DNA of 64,000 nt, from NCBI GenBank assembly GCA_030704615.1, contig CM060731.1:41292001-41356000 (forward strand), in the 5' to 3' direction. The translations under genes and the position numbers were made by a program. The DNA is from Takakia lepidozioides. Its lineage: Eukaryota; Plantae; Bryophyta. Under the pieces are notes generated by a model. It made no database searches, was not told where the DNA came from, and was given only the letters and a program-made list of their open reading frames with translations. Positions 1 to 12,985 of this stretch are shown here, piece after piece; the first letter of the stretch is position 1; each line of letters starts with the position of its first letter.

Positions 1-514
1 CTGCTCCAATCTGCGGCTTCTTGGGTGCAGCTAGTGCTGTTGCGGCCAGGGTATAAATGGGGTGGAGATAGAAAATGGAAAATAGCATTTCCCTATGCCT
101 GGAAAATAGACAATACCAGGGCTTCTGAAAATCCATGATGTCAATGGCAGCTGAGGGAATGTAATTGACCTCTGGTTCCATGAAACGGGATTGCATTACC
201 CTTGCGGGCCTGAGACAGGCGAGTAAGACAGTACACTTTGACAGGAAGTAGTTACTTTCCAAAACACTGCAGTTCACATTGTTTGCTCTGTAATACCACA
301 GCATGTACAAGATGCGGACCATTGGCCCGAAGTACCATTGATGGAACCGTCATAATTACATGATCATCATACTGGAAACAATTTTGTTCAGCTCTGCATT
401 GCAGAAAAAAGACCAAGTCTAACTCCATCCACACATGTGTGCACAATCTCGGTTGACAAACAATACTATTCAGGCCAAAACTTCACTCTAAAATTCAATA
501 CATTGCTGGTCTAG

Positions 515-2392
515 CTAATCACCACATTCTTGGGCGGTTCCGAAGGCAGTGTTTGCATTCTCAAACTTACTAGCCTGGATAGCTGCAGCAGTCCTCGAAA
601 CCAACGCTCTGTTGAATTGTTCAATTACAGAAACATGGGTATACTCGAAGTTTGGTCTCGTGTAAGAGTTGAGAACAGCTGCTGACCCTTGACGGAGAAG
701 CTGGCTGTAGGGATCTGGTCTGGAGTCGTAAAGGCCCTGCAACAAAGTGGTAGTTCCAAACACATTGGCTGCTTGTGATCCAAAGGCATCTGCAACAGTG
801 GAGAAGATACTGAAGAAGCTTGGCCACGAACTTGTGTGAGATCCCCAGAAACTGCAATAACAAGTATCGGTGGGTCAGACGCAATCACTCTATGCGGGCA
901 GGTGACATAGAGAAAAAAACACCAAGCACAACGTAGTCTAAGTGAATGGAGATAAGGTAGAGCCTGCTTCAAACAAAGGCATTTCGCATCCTCTCACATG
1001 TAACTTGGTTCACGGCAAAGTTGCTTACCCGCAAGAGCATCCCGAACCACCGTTGCTAGGAGAAGCAGTCGGACCAGGAGAATAACTACTTGGGCCAGGG
1101 GCAGCGACGGCAGGACTCACGCCAGTGACTGGAGCGGGTGCATACCCACCACCACTTGGGGAAGACGAAGAGACCGGAGGAGTGGCCACTGGAACTGGCG
1201 CAGGCAGCACTGGAGCTGGCGCTGGAAGAACCGGAGCAGGACTGTACGGTGAAGTACTTCCATAGGTGAGTTGAGGAGAACTCAAAACTGCGTCGCCCTT
1301 GACCGCTTTTGGATAAGAAGGAGAAGCTGGTGGTGAGCTGTAGGTAGGAGTGCTGACAACGGGAGAACTGCTGGATGGGGCCGGAGCGCTGGGTGTGACG
1401 TAAGGAGGGCTGCCAGACGACGGAGGATGATGGGGGCAGGGAATTTCAGGGGTGGGAGTAACAGGAGAGCTGCTAGACGGAGCGGGAGCGCTGTATGGAG
1501 GGCTTTCAGGGGTCGCAGGAGCGGGAGCGCTGTAGGGAGGGCTTTCAGGGGTAGTAGGAGCTGGGGCGCTGTAGGGAGGGCTTTGAGGGGTAGTAGGAGC
1601 TGGAGCGCTGTAGGGAGGACTTACAGGGGTAGTAGGAGCTGGAGCGCTATAGGGAGGGCTTTGCGGGGTGGAAGGAGAGCTACCGGAAGGTGTTGGATAG
1701 TAATTGTACTGGGCATGGGCTTCACCTGTCTGTGGGAGGGATGCATGGTAGCTGAATGCAGATTGATCGTAGGGCTGCGAGAACCTATCCTGGGTAAAGC
1801 TATGTCCCTTGGCTGGATCACTGTAGAACTGAGAATAGCTTCTAGAGTTACCGTAAGACTCACCAACAGGGTTGCTGTAAGATTGACTACCAAATTGGGA
1901 GTTCCTATTCACATCAGCGTAGCTAGATTGCGAAAACTGTCTAGCCGCAGAGTAACCGCTTCCTTGGTCTGCTGCAGAAAACCTGCCACTGGGAAGGTCC
2001 GACGCGGAGTAGCTGTAGGACTGAGATCCAAACCTCGAACTTGAATCCACCGGCTTCGAAAACCCACTCTCCTGAACGAAGTTGTCAGCTACCAAGCTCC
2101 CTGCTCCTGCTGGAAGCATCGAAGAGTCCTGCTTCACAGCAGAAAACCTACCACTAGGAAGATCGGAGAAACCCCTTGGCTGCTCCATGTTATACTGAGA
2201 CTGCGAGAAGCGAGAAGCCGCAGGGTCATCGTACCCCCGCATTTGAGGAATCCCAGACTTACTAGACCCCTGACTAGGCCCCGTATACTCAAAGTTGGGG
2301 TAGTTGTCTGCAAGCACCATTGCAGACAGCTGAGCCATCCCCAACACTAGACAAACGAACATCATCTTCCCGGATCCAGCAAGCACCGCCAT
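515..2392 (-). CDS. PROTODERMAL FACTOR1-like proline-rich secreted protein, 2 exons (2392-1029, 851-515)
   Basis: Hydrophobic signal peptide (MMFVCLVLGMAQLSAMVLA), Ser/Tyr-rich region and SPPYSAPAPTTP repeats. A GT-AG intron (donor after 1029, acceptor ttgcag before 851) joins CSCG|FWGSHTSSWP...LLRQGSAAVLNSY...AAAIQASKFENAN, which resembles the PDF1-type C-terminal domain. Confidence 0.8.
1480..1680 (-). repeat. 39-bp coding tandem repeat (about 5 copies) encoding SPPYSAPAPTTP(Q/E/V)
   Basis: Repeating ggagcgctgtagggagggcttt...ggggtagtaggagct units visible in DNA and in the translation. Confidence 0.85.
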
Positions 2393-2479
2393 GATCCGCT
2401 CAACACAAGCTCGTCCTGACTTCCAAGTCCAAGAAGTGACCAGTTCCAACAGCCCCAACTCACATCTATACTTAATCAA

Positions 2480-2550
2480 CCTCCTCCCTCTCCTCCTCCC
2501 TCTCCTCCTCCTCCTCCTCCTCCTCCTCTTCCTCTCTCGTCTCTCTCTTC
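2480..2550. repeat. (CCT)n/CT-rich microsatellite in the 5' leader of the PDF1-like gene
   Basis: ctcctccctctcctcctccctctcctcctcctcctcc seen directly. Confidence 0.8.
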
Positions 2551-5500
2551 CCGCCCGCAATCAATGCTCCACATTTCCTACCGATCCCTCCGCAACCCTC
2601 ACACAGCGGCCCTGCCTGTCATCTCCCCTCCCTCTCTGACATGCCAGACAGACAGCAGCCACCTCCGCCTAAATACCATCCCTAACAATCAATGCCTCTC
2701 GCCACCTTTTTTGTTTTTACGAAAATTACCTCAATATTACTACTGCAGTGGTAATAATACTAATAATAATACTTTTGTAGTTACTTATTTCTATTATAGG
2801 CGCATATTATTATTCGAATTACTGGCATGATGGGCATGAATGGGCATGACCCGTCACCCGATGCGGCTCGCACGCTCGGGCTCAGTGCGCACGCTGGAGA
2901 CGTGAAAGGCGGGCAGCTGAATGCGGGCAGTAGGGCAGGGGCATTTGACGGCATTAACGCGCTGCCCGCTCTCTCCGCCTGCCCGCCCGCCGCCACGCTG
3001 GGCCCATGACTGCCCTTTTGAATTCTGGCACCCACCAGCTTTTATCGCCTGCTTTCTCTCTCTCTCTCTCTCTGTGTCGTCTCTCTCTCGGATCGTCTGC
3101 TGGCCACATGAGCAGCCGAATCCTGGCTCTGACAATCTGCAGCAGCATCCGGTAGGGGGAGAACTTAGAAGGTTATTAGGGCGAGTCGTGTGCGGGTGCC
3201 CGCTCTAGTTGTGTCCCACTCTTGCTACAGGAGTTAGGAGTGTCTCTTATTGTTCAACAGTCGGTGATTCAAGTTCATCAATTACTGTTAAAGCTCTAAT
3301 TGGAGCGATCTTTGTAGTAATGGTGGCTTGGAAGTTGGAGTCAATCAATTCTTCAAAGCTCAGGGGAAGCATTCAATGTTGATGGAAATGTCTATTAAGT
3401 AAACTCTATTATGAATCGAATACGGTCAGATTACTTTTCCCACCTTCCCCTAATCATCTCTCAACCCCCGCAGTTATTCTTCACTTTATTTTGAAATTCC
3501 ACATTGAAACGGTTTCTTTTCCGGGTGGGGTGGGGAGGTACATTCGCAGCGAAGAATGTGTGTTTCCTTTCAGTTCGGAGTCCCACATGACATATTTGCT
3601 CAAACCTAGGTTAATAGTTTGCATGTGGTGGCAAATGCTGGAGAGCCAAGCTCATCACACCCCCACAAAAAAGTAGGTCTGTAGTTTGAAGCAACCAAAC
3701 AGCTCATTTTCATGGTCCAGGAACTTTATGCAGTGACAATTCTCTTTCCCATCATGATCTCACTCCACTTTTCCACGACCTTCAAAGTTCAATCACATTG
3801 ACATAGGAGCTGCCAGAAGATAACCGATGAGCCTATTTTCGGCGTTTGAAAAGGGTATGGAGTGGAATAATACGGAGACGAGGGACAAAAGCTGACTGGA
3901 AATTCTCAGTGCCCTAGTTTTGGGAATTAGGTGGTGTGGGGCATGAGACTTGATGCAGGTGCTGCATAGTCCACCATCGCCTGCACACTCTGTACAAGTA
4001 CATTGAATGCAGCGTGCACAACCTGCATCAATGCCGCTCCCACTCTGGGACTTATCTCTCACTCACATTTCACACTTTTAGTAGGTATATGCTCCAAGCC
4101 TCCAGGGCCCTTGAAAGCTGAGACTCATAAAAGAGGTAGAACTAGGTCTGTTGCACTTAGGCTTCCGAGAGTGATGATAAGGTACATACGTAGTACAAGA
4201 AAAAGAACTCCACTCCTTCCTCGCTGACGGATCGTGCCAAGGAATCCACCCATAAACCCATAGCCTTGTGTGTCTATCCCTGAAATGCAGATTGGGATTA
4301 CCTATGTACAGAGTAGAAGCTGTCAGAGTTTGGGTGTGTAGTGTGTACAGCTTGCTGGTGCTTCAATCATGGTACTCTATTCATTGAATTTTGTGGTCAA
4401 ATGGGCGTTATGTTTTATCGAGTTATTAGGACGTTAGGACCAGCCTGCTTCTTATCTTCCAGGTTTTCAAGCCAAATATTACATTCAGGCCCAAACAACA
4501 CCACGTCGACCTCTCTGATTGTATTTAGAGGATGTCAAAGTAGACACATCCACCAAATTCTGTGTATTTTATGTTCATGCCATGAAGGTCTCCCGACTTT
4601 CAACTTTAGTCTACAAGAACCTCTATTATAATGTATATGTGAAGACCATCCATTTCTACAGAAACTATGGCAGGCTGGGTTCATCGCTAGGCTGTGATTT
4701 TCTTCCTTGCTGTGAGGGGCTATGGAAATGCCTGAAAATGGCCGGCCCTAATACCCCATAAAGGTGTAGAGCCGAGACTCGAGACGGACCCACCTTTCTT
4801 TCTTACGGCTGCTCTTGGCATGACGCTGCTGCCAATACGGCGTAGACAGCGCTCTAGCATTCAGGAGGATGCTGCCAAATTTGTACAACGTGCGTGCTGA
4901 TCCTAAGAATCACTGGTACATAGTGGTGCACATGTCACACAGGTAGGTAAGTTAAGTGAGTTCAGTCGGAGATTTTAGAAACGCAAGAATACTTAGTATC
5001 TGGGATACACGAATAGTTTAGGATGAATTTGAAAGAACAGTATCTTCCGAGTAATATACTCTCACAGTGTGTCTGATGTCATCGCACTCCAAGCTCTTGA
5101 AGCTCCCTCCTTCCACCTTTAGGGTGGGTTCGGTCTGTTCGGAGGGTGGGCCGTACGCGGGTGCCGGGTGATACATCATACCGTGGTAACAAATTCGCCC
5201 CCTGCGCTGGAATTGCGGATGTTTAGGCTATGGGTTTTTTTTTCCTTGATATGTCTGGTGTCCCTCGGTATTCAACGATGACCCGTTGTAGATGATGAAT
5301 GTCACTGTGGCTTTCCAGATCTTTGTAGATATGTGAGAATCATGTCGACAGTAGTTTGAGACATAGATTCCTTATCTTAGATCACCACGATCTAACGGAG
5401 GTGTGGAAGGTTTCATGTTGGTGTTGGCAGAGTTGTATGTGGAAGCCCTGTAGCTTAGGGTTTCATAAGGATAGCGAGGTACAGTGGTTGATCGTGCTAA

Positions 5501-5938
5501 GGCTAAGCTGCGTATGATAGTAATGTCACTGCCAAGCCCACTTTGCATTCATCCCCAGTAGTCATGTTGTTGTGGAGGTTGGTTATAGTGTTGTGGAAGG
5601 ATCTGCATGAGGTGGGTTGTAGAACATTTAGCTGGGGAAGGTCGGGTGGCGCTTCACTATGAACCTCAGCCTTCAACCAGTTTTAGCCTGGGAGAGAGAA
5701 GGAAATGGCTAAATTTGGTGTTCCCATCTCCAATGTTGGGTTCTATGCCCTGCATTTCTTGAGTTACTGAACGTTTGGACTGTTTTACTCAGCACTATGA
5801 TCAGCATTAGGCTACGATCTGTGGTCGTCAAGGCTTCGTTAGGGTTGAAGCTTGTCATGCAGCTGTCACTCTAACTTGACTCTTTTGTGTATGCATGCCA
5901 GGGTTTGTAGCCCCATCCCCCCCTCTCTTACAGTGACG

Positions 5939-7752
5939 ATGACGGTATACAGTACACCGCTCGTGGTTGGCACATCTAGCCCTTGGCAGCCTTGGCAATC
6001 AAGTTGCTATGGCGAGGGCCCAACACGGGCAGTCGGCACTCTGCGATGGGGCACATTGTCTACTCCTGGTTCTCTCCCAAGCGGCTCCTTGAGATCCTTC
6101 ACTGGTGGGTGTCATTGTCTCTTCACTCGGAGTCCTGTGGGTTCATTGCATGGCTGTGTGTGCTGTGTCCCGCAGTTGAGTAGTATTTTGGTGAATTATG
6201 GTTAAAGGGCTCCTCCACCATGGCCAGCTTTGGCCTCTGTTGTGGACTTTTGCCTCCCTGCCACACTTCCGGCTATTTTCTCTACTGGCTGGGTACTCTC
6301 ATATCATACCTGGAGAGTATAGGCACTTTGAATGATTTTCAAAAGCTGGACTTGCGGATTGGAAATCTTAAGAACGAAAACCCTGCCAAATTGAGCAACT
6401 TGGGTAATGGTATACCGTGTGTTATCCTTGCAGTGCAGTTATGAGGGATCGTGGCATACACAGTAGCTTTTGGAGGCATCCACATGCACTGAGCAATGAG
6501 GCCGGAGGAAGGCCTGAACACGGGACAAAAGGTGGAGAGGTAGTAGCTGAAGGCCAAGTGCAGGTATTGGAAGCAGAACTCCAGGCTGCCATAGAGAGCG
6601 AGAACTATGGGAGAGCTGCTGCTTTGCGTGATGAGCTTCGCACGTTACAGGTATGATCCTTGATTAGGGTTTGCCAAACTTTCTCAAGGGCGGTCCACAC
6701 ATCTGACTGAATGTAGATGGACTTGAGGCATGCTATGGAAGTCTACCGATGTGCTCATCAACATCTCCAAACTGTCCATCATATGCCTACTTACAGGGTT
6801 GTAATGCACTTGCAAGTGGCCTGGGTTGGAGTGGTGTACGTGTTTCAAGGACCTCTGTGAAAGGGTTGCTGGTCTTTGGTAGTCTTCATTAACCTGTAGC
6901 CTTAGTCACTTGTGTAGGCATAGTTCTGTGCATAAAACCCTTTTATCTTTTGAGTTAAGTGCTCCTTTCTTTAGAACACCAATGATGTTGCCTAAGTGTC
7001 CATGATAATGCTGACTGCCCCTAGAGTTGTAACTTGCTATTATTGCAGGAGAATGATAAGCTGGCAGTCACAGCAGCCAATGAAAGATTCTATCGGGCAT
7101 TTGGACAGGGGGATCTGAAGCTGATGCAGAAGGTGTGGGCCAACGGAGAGCATGTGATGTGTATTCACCCTGGGGCAGGATGCATTGCAGGCTTCGAGTT
7201 GGTGATGTCGAGCTGGGAGCTTATGTTGGGGGATGTCCCACTCCCTATGCGCATAAAACTAGAGAACTTGGAGGTTTATGTGCATGGTAACCTTGCCTAT
7301 GTCTCGTGCACTGAGGTTGTGCGCTCCAAGGGCAGCCGCTGGGGATCGCAGGTTACTCTCTCTCTCTCATCATGAGGAGGGCTCGACCTTTTGTCTGAAC
7401 TATATAGTTAAATTTTGCTCCTGGTCATTTTGAAATAGCAGAGGGCATTTCAGACATTGTAGGTGCTCTTGTTTATTAATTGTAGCTGTCTGCTGTTCTT
7501 TCAGAGCCTTCCCAGTCTTCCTTTTTGCCCCATAGCTTTGTATTTTGTCACGCAGGCGCCAAGCTCTCCTACTCAAACATTATGACACATATAGAGCTTG
7601 TCGTTACAATTGGCACCAAGTCCTGAAGTTTATTTGTGTTGACCTGTTCAATGTTGATTGACCTGCAGGTCGCCACTAATGTTTTTGAGAAACGGGATGG
7701 GAAGTGGCTACTCTGTGTTCACCATGCGTCCCACACCACACGTTCCAGCTGA
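5939..7752 (+). CDS. UvrB/C (UVR) motif + SnoaL/NTF2-like domain protein, probably plastid-targeted; exons about 5939-6104, 6439-6650, 7049-7351, 7669-7752
   Basis: LEAELQAAIESENYGRAAALRDEL is a UVR motif. AANERFYRAF...VMCIHPG...VATNVFEKRDGKWLLCVHHAS is SnoaL-like. Canonical GT-AG junctions keep frame. The first exon (Ser/Thr-rich, transit-like) is less certain. Confidence 0.8.
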
Positions 7753-8491
7753 TGAGTACGAGCCTCTGAGAATCTTCCAAGAACGGGTTTGGTTATACTG
7801 AAGGATGAAGACGATACCATTTTTGTTCAAAGAATTATTGCGACTCTGGAGGAAAGCTTATTTTTCCTAAATGGAGTTATACACAAGACTGGAAACAAAT
7901 ATCTTCGTAAGTTCAGAAAAGATTTCTAGTCAGCTATTTAAGAGGTTTTCAACCAATAAACTATACTCAGGACTTGGCATTGTCACTCTAACCGGACTGA
8001 CTGGACTGACTTGAGTGCCTCTCTCAAATGTAAACACGGTTGATATGAATTGATGTGTTTATCGGAAACTATGCACTTGCACGCTTTACCATCCCAGTTT
8101 CAGCAGTTACTTGGCCGCAACTGTTGCATGGGACACCGGTCTGATGGAAACATTTCTAGATACACAGAATGAGGTGAACCACTCACCGAGCAGAACCAGA
8201 AAGTTGATGCATGTATCAGCACCTTCTGGCAATCAAGAATTGTAGAATGCCAACCAAGCCATGAATTCACTACAACCTGTCAGGCCATCCTTGCAGGAGA
8301 TTCCATATAGAAGCGGGGTACCATATGGAGCTTGGCTTTGTTTGTGAAGTCTTGTGGGCTATTTAGCACAGGGGCACTAGTGTGATAATGGTGTTGGGTG
8401 TTTGCTAGATAGATTTTAGGCTGTCATTGCCAGCTGCTAGCAGCGAGGGGGAGGATCTATGCATTAGTGTTGCCGAGGAAGGGATACCTCA

Positions 8492-11140
8492 ATGAGGCAG
8501 GGATGGAGTGTGGCCCAGGTCCATACGAGAGGGCCTGATTTCAAGCACAAGAGGAGTACCAGTGAGCCACTGTGGATTGATAGCTATAAGAAACTTGCAC
8601 AGGTAGATGGTCAACTAGAAGCAGCGGCGGCAGCACGGTTGATAAAATCAAGCACCTTCATCATGACCTCTGCTTCCAGAAGAGGCCAAAGAGAAGGATT
8701 CCACAAGATCTCTTCTGGTACTTGTGGGCATGTGAGGACACGATGTGAGGCAGGACAGCTGAATGAGGCTCTGCACATTTTGGACCAAGGAGGTACTTCA
8801 GCAGACTCCGATACTTACGTCTGTCTCTTACAGAAGTGCATCAAGATGAAATGCATAGCAGCAGGAAAGCAGGTGCATGCCCACATTATCCAAAGTGGAA
8901 TTAAGCCAAATTTGTTTCTACACAATACCCTTGTCAACATGTATGTCAAGTGTGGGAGCATCATGGATGCGCACCGAGTGTTTGACAAAATGCCTAAACG
9001 AGGTTTGATCACGTGGAATATAATGATTTCAGGATTTACCAAGCACGGGTGCGGTAGGAATGCCTTTCAGACCTATGAGCAAATGATACAGGCAGGATTG
9101 AAGCCCAACCAGATCACATTCATTTGCATTCTCAAGGCGTGTGGCTGCCTGGCAGCCCTGGACAAGGGCAGAGAGGTCCATTCTGACATCATGGAAGCTG
9201 GAATTGTACCAGATGTTATTCTGAACACTGCCCTCGTGGACATGTATGCCAAATGTGGGAGCCTAAAGGATGCAAAGGGAGTGTTCGACAATATGGCTGA
9301 ACGAAATGTGGTGTCGTGGAATACGATGATTGCTGGATATTCCCAGCACGGATGCGGGATGGAGGCTTTGGCGACCTATGAGCAAATGATGCGCGAAGGG
9401 TTGAAGCCAGACAATGTCACTTTTGTTTGCATTTGCAATGCATGTGCAAGCCTGGCAGGCCTGGAGAAGGGCAGAGAGGTCCATGCTGATATCATGAAAG
9501 CTAGAATTGTACCAGATGTCATTCTGAACAATACCATTGTGGACATGTATGCCAAATGTGGGAGCCTCAAGGATGCAAAGGGAGTGTTCGACAGTATGAC
9601 TCAACGAAGTGTGGTGTCATGGAATGCAATGATTGCAGGATATGCCCAGCACGGATGTGGAATGGAGGCTTTGGGGACCTATGAGCAAATGATGCAGGAA
9701 GGATTGGAACCTGACTGTGTCACGTTCGTTTGCATCTGCAATGCGTGTGCGAGCCTGGCAGCCCTGGAAAAGGGCAGAGAGGTCCATGCGGACATCATGA
9801 AAGCTGGAATCATACCAGATGTCATCCTGAATAATACCCTCGTGAACATGTATGCCAAATGCGGGAGCCTCACGGATGCAAAGGATTTGTTCGACACTAT
9901 GGCTGAACGAAATGTAGTGTCATGGAGTGCAATGATTGCAGGATATGCCCAGCTAGGGTGTGGAATGGAGGCTTTGGAGACCTATGAGCAAATGATACGG
10001 GAAGGGGTTAAGCCTAACCGTGTTACATTTGTTTGCGTTTGCAATGCATGTGCAAGCCTGGCAGCCCTGGAAAAGGGCAGAGAGGTCCACGCTGACATCA
10101 TGAAAGCTGGAATCATACCAGATGTCGTTCTGAACAATACCCTTGTGGATATGTATGCCAAATGTGGTAGCATCGAGGATGCAAAGGGATTGTTCGACAA
10201 TATGGCTGAACGAAATGTGGTGTCATGGAATGCGATGATTGCAGGATATGCCCAGCATGGCTGTCGTAGGGAGGCCGTGCAACTATTTGAAGGAATGAAA
10301 AAGGAAGGCCTGAAGCCGAACAGTATCACCTTTATATGTGTTCTCCAAGCATGTAGCCATGGGGGCCTAGTGGATGAAGGCAGTTTCTACTTTAACTCCC
10401 TGCATCAACATCATGGCCTCACTCTTGGAGTGGAGCACTTGGTCTGCATGGTGGACCTTCTTGGCCGTGCCGGGCAATTGTGTGAGGCTGAGGACTTCAT
10501 TAACAAACTGCCCGTCGAACCAGATGTTGTGGTGTGGAAAGCCTTGCTCGGTGCCTGCATAATTCATGGCAATGTGGATGTGGCAGAACGTGCAGCAAAA
10601 TCTATTCTCAAGTGGGATCGGGATGATGCCACAACTTATGTGTTGTTATCAAATATCTATGCCGCAGCTGGCAGGTGGGACGATACTGCAAAAGTGAGAA
10701 AAATGATGAAAGACACAGGCGTCAGAAAGCAGCCGGGTCGCTGCTGCATTGAAGTCGGGAACAGGGTGCACACATTTGTGGTGGATGACAAATTGCATCC
10801 ACAAATTGAGGAAATTCATGCTGAGCTGAAAAGATTGTCTCTGCAGATGAAGGAGGCAGGGTACATGCCTGACACTCGCTCTGTATTGCATGATGTGGAG
10901 GATGAGCTAAAGGAATTTTCTCTTTGCCACCACAGTGAGAAGCTGGCCATTGCTTTTGGGCTGATCAGCACAGCCCCAGGGACGCCTCTCCGTGTTATCA
11001 AAAACCTGCGGGTGTGTGGTGACTGCCACACAGCCACCAAGTTCATCTCAAAGATTGTAGGGCGAGCAATTGTTGTACGGGATGCCAACCGCTTTCACCA
11101 CTTCAAAGATGGGGTTTGTTCTTGTGGGGAGTACTGGTGA
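8492..11140 (+). CDS. PLS-class pentatricopeptide repeat protein with E1/E2 and DYW deaminase domain (organellar C-to-U RNA editing factor)
   Basis: Intronless 882-aa ORF with P/L/S triplets, P2-L2-S2, E domains, PG box (PGRCCIE), HSEKLA and CGDCH zinc motifs, and C-terminal CSCGEYW. The true start codon is uncertain. Confidence 0.95.
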   Translation: MRQGWSVAQVHTRGPDFKHKRSTSEPLWIDSYKKLAQVDGQLEAAAAARLIKSSTFIMTSASRRGQREGFHKISSGTCGHVRTRCEAGQLNEALHILDQGGTSADSDTYVCLLQKCIKMKCIAAGKQVHAHIIQSGIKPNLFLHNTLVNMYVKCGSIMDAHRVFDKMPKRGLITWNIMISGFTKHGCGRNAFQTYEQMIQAGLKPNQITFICILKACGCLAALDKGREVHSDIMEAGIVPDVILNTALVDMYAKCGSLKDAKGVFDNMAERNVVSWNTMIAGYSQHGCGMEALATYEQMMREGLKPDNVTFVCICNACASLAGLEKGREVHADIMKARIVPDVILNNTIVDMYAKCGSLKDAKGVFDSMTQRSVVSWNAMIAGYAQHGCGMEALGTYEQMMQEGLEPDCVTFVCICNACASLAALEKGREVHADIMKAGIIPDVILNNTLVNMYAKCGSLTDAKDLFDTMAERNVVSWSAMIAGYAQLGCGMEALETYEQMIREGVKPNRVTFVCVCNACASLAALEKGREVHADIMKAGIIPDVVLNNTLVDMYAKCGSIEDAKGLFDNMAERNVVSWNAMIAGYAQHGCRREAVQLFEGMKKEGLKPNSITFICVLQACSHGGLVDEGSFYFNSLHQHHGLTLGVEHLVCMVDLLGRAGQLCEAEDFINKLPVEPDVVVWKALLGACIIHGNVDVAERAAKSILKWDRDDATTYVLLSNIYAAAGRWDDTAKVRKMMKDTGVRKQPGRCCIEVGNRVHTFVVDDKLHPQIEEIHAELKRLSLQMKEAGYMPDTRSVLHDVEDELKEFSLCHHSEKLAIAFGLISTAPGTPLRVIKNLRVCGDCHTATKFISKIVGRAIVVRDANRFHHFKDGVCSCGEYW

Positions 11141-11294
11141 AATGACTTGTTAGAACTACGCAGCTGTTTGGTTGTTTTGCATTCCCTGTCAATGGTAACT
11201 ATGACTTACATCCAGAAGCTTTCGGACTACCTATTCAATAAAACAACAAACCGAGTATGACCGGAATATGACAATATGAATCTATGTTTTCCAA

Positions 11295-12985
11295 GACCAT
11301 TCTACTGATATGGACCCCCAGAAACATTCAGCGTTCAGAACATTCAGAACATTCAGAAACACTCTTGGAGTCTGAGCTCTTGGGTCCCTCCAACTCTGAA
11401 CACCCACTCCCTTACTGCACCCAACTGTAAATCCTTCCTGCAGCACTTTTTGTTAGCCTATAGAATAGTAAATGGAACCCAGCCCCTTTTCATAGAATTA
11501 GAAGCTAAGGAAAAAATAACCTTCGAAGGAGCCATAACTGAGGAGGGAACAGAATAGAAAGGAAAGATTAGGAGCATAAAACCAACTTTTTTTGTTTCTG
11601 TTATTTAAGAAAGAGGGATAGTAGCAGTAGTCTGTCCGAGATCAATAGCAAAAGAAAACTCAACTGATAGAAACTGTCGACAGCTCTCTATCTACTCCTC
11701 ATCATTGTTTCTCTTGTACTCTCGATATGATTTCTTCTCCCTGCCTGTGCACTCAACGAACAAAAAGAAAAAACCCGTAAGATGCTAAGATTGAGAGAGG
11801 GTGTTAGAATTTAGTAACTCTCTCAGCATGGCCCACTCGTGAGGTGGCCTCCCATGTGTTATTTATTTCAATTTAGTGTTAGTCAATACATTAGTTACTT
11901 TCCAAGTTACATTCCTGGTTTATAGGCTTTCCCCAACCACTATTGTTTACTACTAGTTAATGCACTCCTTCAGATAAGTAGGCTGCTCTCCAAGGGCTTT
12001 GTATTCCGGTTGTATCGATCTATTGTTCAGTAAAGCATTCAAGATGCTTAACAGATCATCCACCAACTGCAGATGCAGATTCCCCTACTGGACATGAGGA
12101 GGTTAAAGATGATCAGACGCTATGAATCGAACTCGAGGAGGATAAGAGCACTTGATGTCTCATCTTGTTGAATTCTAATCAGATGTAGCCATCATTTGCA
12201 CATTGTAGTACATTTTTCTCTAGAAATCGTGTAGACATCTATGCCTCCATATTCGTGAATGGTAAGGTAGGAAATGTACTGCTTAATCTTCTCGTTGAAG
12301 AATATCAACTTTCCACTTGGTCAGTTGCCTGCCATGCACCAGGGAATCGTGTGCTAGTGTTGTGATGATCATTGAAATCAATAAAACTTTACATATGTCA
12401 TGTTTGATCAGACCAAGTGTTTCTCTCTCTCTCAAGTCTCAAGTTGGTCTGGGTACATCTCTCTCTCTCTCTCTTTCTCAAGTTGGTCACTCTCTCTATC
12501 TCTCAAATTGGTCTGGGTACAGAAGTAATTGCTTGACTAGGCATTCAGGTCAACTGTTTGGAGATTGTTCTCACAGTGGCAGATGACCGTTTAAAATTCG
12601 AACTCTGCCACGTCCATGACCATTCTACTGATATTCTATCTAGACCCCAGAAACATTCAGCATTCAGAACATTCAGAAACACTCTTGAAATCTGAGCTCT
12701 TAGGTCCCTCCAACTCTCAACAGCCGGTCCCTCAACTCCCTTACTGCACCCAACTGAAAATCCTTCCTACAGGACGTTTTGTTTGCCTATACAATGGAAC
12801 CATGTCCCTTTTCATCAAATTAGAAGCCAAGGAAAAAATAACCTTGGAAGGAGCCATAAGTGTAACTGGGCAACAATGGCAAGGGAAGTAGAAGAGAAGG
12901 TAAGACTAGACTTGTAGCCCTGGCAGTCAGAAATGAGGAGGGAACAAAATAGATAGGAAAGATTAGGAGCATGAAACCAACTCTT
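11295..12985. repeat. Diverged direct repeat B (about 11295-11590 and 12620-12985)
   Basis: Both copies share ccattctactgatat..gaccccagaaacattcag..actcttg..tctgagctct..ggtccctccaactct..gattaggagcat.aaaccaact. Confidence 0.8.

Noticed and set aside
2393-2560. Arg-rich N-terminal extension of the 511-aa ORF
   Set aside because: It is translation of a (CCT)n microsatellite from a non-ATG start; the signal peptide begins at the ATG at 2392.
8815-10329. Series of similar antisense ORFs spaced 303 bp apart
   Set aside because: They are shadows of the PPR repeat on the opposite strand.
11250-11760. Possible organellar DNA insertion
   Set aside because: The composition is suggestive, but no organellar gene was recognised; it needs BLAST.
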